From assembly GCA_038203955.1 (NCBI GenBank), contig JBBRDK010000003.1, positions 3,739-67,738 of the forward strand: DNA of 64,000 bases. The letters are read 5' to 3'. Shown piece by piece: positions 56,956-64,000 of the stretch. A program made the translations under genes and the position numbers. The notes under the pieces are model-generated. The model did not search any database. It was given only the letters and a program-made list of their open reading frames with translations, and was not told the DNA's origin. Each line of letters opens with the position of its first letter. Position 1 is the first letter of the stretch. The DNA comes from Thermoanaerobaculia bacterium (GTDB lineage Bacteria > Acidobacteriota > Thermoanaerobaculia > UBA5066 > Gp7-AA6).

Positions 56956-58379
56956 TTTCTGCCAGCGGTCCCCGGCGGCATCGCCTCTCCGGGCGGAGGT
57001 CCGATCTTGTTGTACCCGTCGAGAGCGGCCACCTTGTAGCACTCGGCAAAGGTCGGATAGTTGAAGACGTTGTCGACGAAATAGTCGATGGTCCCTTCGA
57101 ACGCCAGGACGGCCTGGCCGATGTGGACGAGCTCCGTGGCCGCCGACCCGATGATGTGAACCGCCAGGAATTTCCGGGTCTCGCGGTGGAACAGGATCTT
57201 CAGGAGCCCGTACGAGTCGCCCAGAATCGCTCCCCGCGCGATCTCGCGGTAGCGCGAGATGCCGATCTCGTAAGGGACCCCCGCCCTGGTGAGCTCCTCT
57301 TCGTTGGGGCCCACCATCGAGATCTCGGGCACCGAATAGATGCCGTAGGGAAAGAGGTGCGGCATCGACTTCGCGCGAACTCCGAACGCCGCGCACGCGG
57401 CGATCCGTCCCTGCTCCATGGACGTCGAGGCGAGCGAGGGAAAACCGATGACGTCCCCGGCGGCGAAGATGTGCGGCACGGCGGTGCGGTACTGATCGTC
57501 CACCACGATTCGTCCCCGGGCGTCCGTCGAAAGCCCGGCGGCGGGCAGGTTCAGCTCCGCGGTCGCCCCCACGCGGCCTATCGAATAGAGAAGCAGCTCG
57601 GAGATGATCTTCTTCCCCGACTTCAAGGTGGCCACCGCGCGGTGCGGCCGCTCGACTTCGACGGACGCCACGTCCTCCCCCAGACGCAGCGTGCAATCCA
57701 TGTCGCGCATCTTGTAGGCGAGGGCTTCCGCGATCTCGGCGTCGACGAACTCGAGCAGCCGGGGGCGCTTGTCCACCAGCGTGACCTCGACGCCGAGCGC
57801 CGCGAACATCGAGGCGTATTCGGTCCCGACGACTCCCCCGCCGACAACGGTCATCGAGCGCGGAATGGACTTCAAGGTCAGGATGCCGTCCGACGTGATC
57901 ACGGTCTCGCCGTCCACGGAAACGCCCGGGGGCTCGGTGGGGGACGTGCCGGTCGCGATGATGACGAACTCCGCGGTGACTTCGGCGCGCCCCCCCGGGG
58001 CGTCGATCATCAGCTTGTGCGGATCGGCAAAGGACGCCGCGCCGGTTACGACCGACACGCCGTTTCGCCGGAGCTGGTCGCGTATGACGTCCGTCTCGCG
58101 CGCGATCACCTTGGAGCACCGCGAGAGCAGGTCGTCCATCGTCATCGTGTCGCTCGAAAGGCAGGCGGACCCGTACGCGTCCCGGTGAAGAAACCCGGTC
58201 AGATAGAGCACCGCTTCGCGGAAGGTCTTGGAGGGAATCGTGCCGGTGTTGATGCAGACGCCCCCGACCGCCGTTCGCTTTTCGCAGATCGCGACCTTCT
58301 TGCCGAGCTTGGCGGCCTGGATCGCCGCCCGCTGCCCGGCGGGACCGGTCCCGATCACGACGAGATCGAACGCGGACAT
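56943..58379 (-). CDS. sthA: soluble pyridine nucleotide transhydrogenase
   Basis: GGVCINTGTIPSKT (single Cys), GDVIGFPSLASTSMEQGR, FNYPT.AE.YKVAA. Confidence 0.93.
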   Translation of the reverse strand: MSAFDLVVIGTGPAGQRAAIQAAKLGKKVAICEKRTAVGGVCINTGTIPSKTFREAVLYLTGFLHRDAYGSACLSSDTMTMDDLLSRCSKVIARETDVIRDQLRRNGVSVVTGAASFADPHKLMIDAPGGRAEVTAEFVIIATGTSPTEPPGVSVDGETVITSDGILTLKSIPRSMTVVGGGVVGTEYASMFAALGVEVTLVDKRPRLLEFVDAEIAEALAYKMRDMDCTLRLGEDVASVEVERPHRAVATLKSGKKIISELLLYSIGRVGATAELNLPAAGLSTDARGRIVVDDQYRTAVPHIFAAGDVIGFPSLASTSMEQGRIAACAAFGVRAKSMPHLFPYGIYSVPEISMVGPNEEELTRAGVPYEIGISRYREIARGAILGDSYGLLKILFHRETRKFLAVHIIGSAATELVHIGQAVLAFEGTIDYFVDNVFNYPTFAECYKVAALDGYNKIGPPPGEAMPPGTAGRKADS

Positions 58380-58425
58380 CGGCGGAGTTTACCGCCCGGC
58401 CGCGTGCGATAGATTCTGCGCCTCG

Positions 58426-59508
58426 ATGCAAACCCTCGCGATCGTCGGCGGCGTCCTGTTGATCCTGACCGTGCTCTGGGACGCGTTCGAGACGATCGTC
58501 CTGCCGCGTCGAGTCTCCCGGCGCTTCCGGCTGACGAGGCTCTTCTACCTGGCCACCTGGGCCCCCTGGCGGTCCCTCGGGCTGCGGCGGCGCGCCGGAA
58601 ACCCGCGCGAGAACTTCCTCTCGATCTACGGCCCCCTGTCCCTCCTTCTCCTGCTGGTGACGTGGGCGCTGGCGCTCGTCTTCGGTTTTGCGCTTCTCCA
58701 CTGGGGCATCGGAACCCGGCTCATGATGCCGCGCGGGCTCCAGGGATTCGGGGCGGATCTCTACTTTTCGGGAACGACCCTCGTGACGCTGGGCCTGGGA
58801 GACATCTCGCCCTCCACGCCGTCCGCCCGGGTTCTTACCTTCATTGAGAGCGGAACGGGGTTCGGATTTCTCGCGCTGGTCGTGGGGTATCTGCCGACCC
58901 TCTCGCAGGCCTTCTCCCGCCGGGAGACCAACATCGCTCTTCTGGACGCGCGGGCGGGTTCTCCGTCGACGGCCTCGGAGCTGATCCGGCGCCACGCGGG
59001 CGACCCCGACCGAGGCGAAAATCTGGGGGATCTTCTGCACGACTGGGACGTCTGGTCCGCGGACCTGCTCGAAACGCACATCTCGTTCCCCGTGCTGGCC
59101 TACTACCGGTCGCAGCACGACAACCAGTCCTGGGTGGCGGCCCTGACCACCGTGCTCGACGTCTGCTCTCTCGTCATCGCGGGCGTCGAGAACGGGCCGT
59201 TGCGTTCGGCGCGCCTGACGTTCGCAATGGCGCGGCACGCCGTCGCCGACATGAGTCAGGTGTTCCACCTCGAGCCGGCCTCCCGCTCGGAGCAACGGCT
59301 TCCCGCGGGCGATCTGGTACGGCTGAAAGGTGTCATGGAAGCCGCTGGAATGGCGATGAGGGAAGATCCGGAGACCGAAGAGCGCCTGCGCCGGCTCATC
59401 GCGATGTACGAGCCCTATGTCGACGCGCTCTCCCGCCATCTGCTGATGCCGCTGCCGCAATGGGTCCCGCCGCTCGGCGCTCGCGACAACTGGCAGACGA
59501 CCGCATAG
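58426..59508 (+). CDS. two-TM ion channel (Ion_trans_2) family protein
   Basis: LYFSGTTLVTLGLGDISP pore; FSRRE, ETHISFPVLAYYRS C-terminal domain. Confidence 0.85.
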   Translation: MQTLAIVGGVLLILTVLWDAFETIVLPRRVSRRFRLTRLFYLATWAPWRSLGLRRRAGNPRENFLSIYGPLSLLLLLVTWALALVFGFALLHWGIGTRLMMPRGLQGFGADLYFSGTTLVTLGLGDISPSTPSARVLTFIESGTGFGFLALVVGYLPTLSQAFSRRETNIALLDARAGSPSTASELIRRHAGDPDRGENLGDLLHDWDVWSADLLETHISFPVLAYYRSQHDNQSWVAALTTVLDVCSLVIAGVENGPLRSARLTFAMARHAVADMSQVFHLEPASRSEQRLPAGDLVRLKGVMEAAGMAMREDPETEERLRRLIAMYEPYVDALSRHLLMPLPQWVPPLGARDNWQTTA

Positions 59509-59603
59509 CGGAACGGCGGAGATGGACCCCGGAAGAGCGGCCACGGAGAGGAGAGAAAAGGCTCTTCCCTCCCCGCGTTCCGGCGGCCCGAAGGGCGGCA
59601 GAA

Positions 59604-60350
59604 TTGCCTCCTGACCTCGCAAAGCGGCTCGCCTTCTATCTCGGCTGCGTCCTCGGCGGTGCGTGGTTCGTTTTCTGCTCCGCGGCGGGAACGATCTGGC
59701 TTCTCGTCTCGCCCGGAAACCGGCAGACCCTCTACTGGTTCGGCCGCGTTTTCTGCCGGGGGTTGACGCGCCTGATGGGCTGGAGGGTCGACCCGGACCA
59801 TCCCGATCGACTCCGCGCGTTGCGGCCGTGCGTCATCGTCGGAAACCATCAGAGCTTTCTGGACGTCGTCACCTTCGGCTCGATCTTTCCGCCCCGTACG
59901 GTCTCGGCGGGCAAGCGGGAGATCGGAAAGATCCCCGTGTTTGGCTGGTTTTACCGGCTCTCGGGAAACCTGATCATCGACCGCGCGCACGCGCGGAGCG
60001 CACTCGCGTCCCTCGAAGCGGCGGCGGATGCGATGCGAACGGAGAAGATCGCGGTCTGGTTCATGCCCGAGGGGCACCGGAACCAGGCGGCGCGCCTTCT
60101 TCCTTTCAAGAGCGGCGCGTTTCGCCTCGCGATCGCCGCGCAGGCTCCCGTCATCCCCGTGGTCGCCGAGCCGCTCACCGCGATCGCCGACACGAATCGC
60201 CGCCTCGCCCGGCCGGGAACGTTGAGGGTCCGCGTGCTCGAGCCCGTGCCGACCGAAGGTCTCTCGACGGCGGACGTTCCCGCCTTGACCTCGCGCGTGC
60301 GCGATCGCATGCAGGAGGCGCTGGACGCCATGGCCGCGAGCACCTCGTGA
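59604..60350 (+). CDS. plsC: 1-acyl-sn-glycerol-3-phosphate acyltransferase
   Basis: NHQSFLD, IIDR, FMPEGHR, PFKSGAF; start approximate. Confidence 0.88.
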   Translation: MPPDLAKRLAFYLGCVLGGAWFVFCSAAGTIWLLVSPGNRQTLYWFGRVFCRGLTRLMGWRVDPDHPDRLRALRPCVIVGNHQSFLDVVTFGSIFPPRTVSAGKREIGKIPVFGWFYRLSGNLIIDRAHARSALASLEAAADAMRTEKIAVWFMPEGHRNQAARLLPFKSGAFRLAIAAQAPVIPVVAEPLTAIADTNRRLARPGTLRVRVLEPVPTEGLSTADVPALTSRVRDRMQEALDAMAASTS

Positions 60351-61762
60351 AGGAGGACCGTTCCCTCGAGCTCCAGGGAGACGCGCTCAGGAATCTGATC
60401 GAGTCGGCGGCCCGGCGGATCGTCGAGCACATCGCCTCTCTGCCCGCACAGCCGTCGGCGGACAACCGGGACCCCGCCGGCCTGGCGCGGTCGCTCCGCG
60501 AGACGCTGCCGGAGTCCGGAGAGGACGCCGAGAAGCTGCTCGATCTTCTGTTCACGACCGTCATTCCGCGGAGCTTCAACACCGCGGGCCCCGGATACCT
60601 TGCTTACATCCCCGGGGGCGGCCTGCCCCACTCCGCTGTGGCCGACCTCATCGCGGATGCGACGAACCGTTACGTCGGCGTTTTCGCGGCCGCGCCCGGT
60701 CTGGCGCAGATCGAAGCGAACGTCATCCGCTGGTTCTGCGCGATCGTGGGATACCCGGAGACCGCAGGGGGCATTCTCACGACCGGCGGATCTCTCTCGA
60801 ATTTTTCGGCGATCGTCACCGCCCGGCGCGATCGTCTCCCGGACGACTTTCGAATGGGGACGCTGTACGTCTCGGACCAGACGCACCATTCCATTCAGAA
60901 AGCCGCCAGTCTCGCGGGCTTTCCCGAATGCAACGTCCGGGAGATTCCGTCGGACACACGGTTTCGGATCCGGCTCGACCTGCTGTCCGCGAAGGTCGCC
61001 GAGGATCGAGCGGCGGGTTTTTCCCCGTTCTTCGTCGTGGGCAACGCGGGGACCACGAACACCGGGGCGGTCGACGACCTCGAGGCTCTCGCCGACGTCG
61101 CGAAGGCGGAAAAGCTGTGGCTCCACGCGGACGCCGCGTACGGCGGGTTCTTTGCCTTGACCGAGCGGGGGCGGAAACGCCTGGCCGGGATCGAGCGATC
61201 CGACTCGGTGGTCCTCGACCCCCACAAGAGCCTCTTTCTCCCATACGGAAACGGCTCGCTCCTGGTGCGCGATCCCGAGACCCTCAAGAAGGCCCATGCC
61301 CTCTCGGCGGACTATCTCCCCCGGATGCAGGAGGACTCGGACCTTTCCGACTTCACCCTCCTCTCCCCCGAGCTGTCGCGGGACTGGAGGGGCCTGCGCG
61401 TGTGGCTTCCCGTCAGGATGCACGGCATCGGTGTCTTCCGCACGAACCTCGACGAAAAGCTCGACCTCGCGGAATGGGCGGTGCGGGAGCTGGCGCGCAT
61501 TCCGGGCGTCGAGATCCTGGCGGAGCCTCAGCTCTCGACTCTCGCCTTCCGCCTGACGCGCGCGGGGCTCTCGGCCGCGGAGACGGACGCGTTGAACGCC
61601 GCCTGGATGGAGAAGACGAACGGGCGCGGCCGCGTGTACCTGACCGCGACGAGACTCGGCGGTCGGTTTGCGATTCGTATCTGCGTGCTGTCGTTTCGCA
61701 CCCACCTCGACCGCGTGGAGGCCTGCCTGGAGGATCTGCGCGCGTCGATCGCGGAGGTTTGA
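60347..61762 (+). CDS. group II PLP-dependent amino-acid decarboxylase
   Basis: TTGGS..N, H.SI.KA, AGTTNTGAVD, WLHADAAYGG, LDPHK PLP lysine. Confidence 0.9.
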   Translation: MKEDRSLELQGDALRNLIESAARRIVEHIASLPAQPSADNRDPAGLARSLRETLPESGEDAEKLLDLLFTTVIPRSFNTAGPGYLAYIPGGGLPHSAVADLIADATNRYVGVFAAAPGLAQIEANVIRWFCAIVGYPETAGGILTTGGSLSNFSAIVTARRDRLPDDFRMGTLYVSDQTHHSIQKAASLAGFPECNVREIPSDTRFRIRLDLLSAKVAEDRAAGFSPFFVVGNAGTTNTGAVDDLEALADVAKAEKLWLHADAAYGGFFALTERGRKRLAGIERSDSVVLDPHKSLFLPYGNGSLLVRDPETLKKAHALSADYLPRMQEDSDLSDFTLLSPELSRDWRGLRVWLPVRMHGIGVFRTNLDEKLDLAEWAVRELARIPGVEILAEPQLSTLAFRLTRAGLSAAETDALNAAWMEKTNGRGRVYLTATRLGGRFAIRICVLSFRTHLDRVEACLEDLRASIAEV

Positions 61763-61780
61763 AGAACCGGAGCCGGGAAT

Positions 61781-61843
61781 CGGGAGCCGAGCGACCAACG
61801 GGAGCGAGACGGCCGCGGTACTCCGCGGTCAACTAAATCGGGA
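61781..61843 (+). repeat. 62-bp REP-like hairpin element, copy 5
   Basis: Matches copy 1. Confidence 0.9.
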
Positions 61844-61877
61844 GCCGAAGGGATGACGCGATCCCGGGATCTGCGCG

Positions 61878-63578
61878 CTAACGCCTCCGTTCCGGAGCGC
61901 GATCCAGCGCGTCGATCTCATCGCGCAGGCCGAGAAGCTCCCAGCGCTGGAGCGCGATGGGGACGTTGCCGTTTTTCCAGAGAGAGTCGTGGAAGGCGCG
62001 CAACGAGAACTTATTGCCCTGAACGCGGCGGGCGTCGGCGAGGAAACGGAGGATCTGCAGCTTCCCGATCTCGTAGCTGATCGCCTGTCCGGGCGCGGAC
62101 GCGAACCCCTCCGCCTCCTGGCGGGCCGTCGCGGGATCCATCGGCACGACCGAGGCGAGATATTCGGCGGCTTGGTCGATGGAGAAATCGCCCAGAGCGA
62201 GCCGGACGTCGGCCTCGACACGAAGCGCGCGGAGCCGCAGGAACGTCGCGACGATCTCGCGCGTCCGCGGGCTGTCGTCGAAGTAGCCGGCGTCGAGCAT
62301 CATCTCCTCGGCATAGAACGCGACGCCCTCGTTGGCGGAGGAGTCGTAATACGCGCGGCGGACGGGGTCTTCGTGCGCCCACGAGATCGCGAGCTGAAAC
62401 GAGTGCCCGAGAATCCCCTCGTGGACGAGGACGGGCCGGGGATCCCGCGCCATCGACAGGGCGAAGAACCCGAGCGAGGGGCCGGGCGGGGGGATGTAAC
62501 GGACGGCGTCCTCGCCGGGCCGTCCGGCCGACGCCAGGTCGTCGTGCTCCCCGAACGGCGCGAGGGCCGAGAGGTACGCGGGCAAAGCGGAGGCCCGGTA
62601 CCGCCGGGTGGACGCCGGAATGGTCAACAGATTCTTCTCTTCCAGAAACCGGCGCGCAGCGGCTTCCTCCCTCGTCACCCTCGAGATTTCGGCGGCCTGG
62701 TCGGAAAAAATCGGAAGAGGGGGAGCTCCTCCGCTTCTCGCTTCCTCGAGGGCTTCCCGCGCGCCCGCCCGCGCCCACTCCTGGCGGCCCATGGCGAGAA
62801 TCTCCTCCGGCGTGTAAGGCAGCAGAGCCACGCTCCTGAGGTAGAAGAGATAGGCCTCCCGGCCCACCGCCGTCTGCGCCCTCAGGCTCGGAAGGCGGTT
62901 CCCGAGCCACTCCCGGTAGCCCTCCAGAGCGGCGACGGCGCGCTCCGCCGGCGAATCGAGCGAGTCGCTCCCCGGCGGAAGCAGGGGCTTCACGTCCCGG
63001 ACGGCGGCGGTGAGCCGCTCTCGGATGTCGCCGAGACGCGAGACCGCCAGCCGGGCCAGCGGTCCCTCGGCGCGAACGAGGTTTCCCCTGGCGCTTTCGA
63101 TCGTGCCCGGAATGGACGCGATGCGCCGCGCGAGCTGCGAGGCGCGGCTCTTCGAGAACGGCGGCGGCCGCACGAGCGCGTCGAAGACGGCGCCGGCCGT
63201 CTGATCGACGTAGAACATCGGATTGCGCTCCCAGCCGCGCTCGACGTCGAGCTCCCAGCGAACGCGCGCGAAGGCGGAGCGCAGAAGACGCCGGTCCACC
63301 TGCCATGCGGACGGCATCCCCGACGGGTCGATCCTTTCGAGACGCGACTCGAACGCGGAGACTTCGCGCCGCCGACGCTCGACGGCCGAGCGCGTCCATT
63401 CCGGCGCCCAGTCGGCGGGCCTGTCGATGCGCGGGATGTCGTCCGACGTGATCGGCTGATTCGCGGCGCGCCATTGCCAGAATTCGCGCGAGATGTTCTG
63501 AAGCTCGTCGGCGCGAGCGGCGGCGGGAAAAAGCAGAAGCGCGGCGAACGTCCAGAGGGCGAGCGTTCGCGTCTTCAC
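61878..63578 (-). CDS. DUF885 family protein (secreted, putative metallopeptidase)
   Basis: Signal peptide; HEGILGH.FQ, NEG.AFYAE, PGQA.SY.IGK, LRAFHD. Confidence 0.88.
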   Translation of the reverse strand: MKTRTLALWTFAALLLFPAAARADELQNISREFWQWRAANQPITSDDIPRIDRPADWAPEWTRSAVERRRREVSAFESRLERIDPSGMPSAWQVDRRLLRSAFARVRWELDVERGWERNPMFYVDQTAGAVFDALVRPPPFSKSRASQLARRIASIPGTIESARGNLVRAEGPLARLAVSRLGDIRERLTAAVRDVKPLLPPGSDSLDSPAERAVAALEGYREWLGNRLPSLRAQTAVGREAYLFYLRSVALLPYTPEEILAMGRQEWARAGAREALEEARSGGAPPLPIFSDQAAEISRVTREEAAARRFLEEKNLLTIPASTRRYRASALPAYLSALAPFGEHDDLASAGRPGEDAVRYIPPPGPSLGFFALSMARDPRPVLVHEGILGHSFQLAISWAHEDPVRRAYYDSSANEGVAFYAEEMMLDAGYFDDSPRTREIVATFLRLRALRVEADVRLALGDFSIDQAAEYLASVVPMDPATARQEAEGFASAPGQAISYEIGKLQILRFLADARRVQGNKFSLRAFHDSLWKNGNVPIALQRWELLGLRDEIDALDRAPERRR

Positions 63579-63615
63579 AACGAAAGTGTACGGCCGCCGG
63601 CGCCGTTCCAGGCTC

Positions 63616-64000
63616 TCAGGACGGTCGCGGCGCCGAGGACGGCGATTCCCGGTCCGCCCCGATCGGGCGTCCCGGAGGCGGCGGCACTTTCTTCGGATGA
63701 GTCTTGCGCGTTTCGGGCTGATCGAAGAACTCGACGATGTCGCGTTCTGCCTGGCGCAGGTGAGCCTCGGCGGCGGGATCCGTCGAGTGACGCGACTTCA
63801 GCTCCCGATCGAGAGTTCGAAGCCTCGCGCCCGACGCGGCGCGCACCTCCGGCGCCGTGTCCGTCCGGCTCGCGAGCTCCAGGAGCGCGTCGAGGACTCC
63901 CCGCTGGGCGACTCTCCGCAGCGCCGCAAGGCGGGGGGAACGATCCGGCGCCGCGCCCCAGGTAGCGGACACGAGGCGCCCCGTCAGGGACTCGAAGGTG
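63616..64000 (-). CDS. C-terminal part of a probable zinc-dependent metalloprotease (truncated by window edge)
   Basis: Helical region ending PPPPGRPIG, recalled as a C-terminal motif of DUF4953/EcxA-type proteases; active site is outside the window. Confidence 0.5.
   Translation of the reverse strand, partial: TFESLTGRLVSATWGAAPDRSPRLAALRRVAQRGVLDALLELASRTDTAPEVRAASGARLRTLDRELKSRHSTDPAAEAHLRQAERDIVEFFDQPETRKTHPKKVPPPPGRPIGADRESPSSAPRPS

Overview
High-GC bacterial chromosomal window. A secreted-protein motif recalls Acidobacteriota/Thermoanaerobaculia, but this is unverified. The left part carries housekeeping genes: tRNA-Leu(GAG)-secG-tpiA-pgk, ggt-mtnA-tsaD-lepA-lepB-lepB, redoxins, purD and a yitJ-type methionine enzyme. 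The middle is accessory: a WYL regulator, small unknown ORFs, three PLD/cardiolipin-synthase-like genes, glk, icd, a frameshifted DoxX/DUF2071 cassette, pirin and an orphan histidine kinase. A ~17 kb combined pyrimidine plus purine catabolic cluster follows, then an SDR, sthA, a K+ channel, plsC, a PLP decarboxylase and a DUF885 gene. No CRISPR array, integrase or transposase was seen. The most unusual signals are non-coding. About 20 intergenic heptamer arrays from several sequence families show a consistent left-edge/right-edge polarity. A 62-bp hairpin element occurs in five copies nested in those arrays. A candidate sigma54-driven sRNA carries an anti-Shine-Dalgarno tract. A four-unit operator-like array precedes a sigma54 promoter. 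Several sigma54-type promoters precede tiny or unknown genes, and many gene starts look leaderless. Many start codons were adjusted by eye and are approximate.
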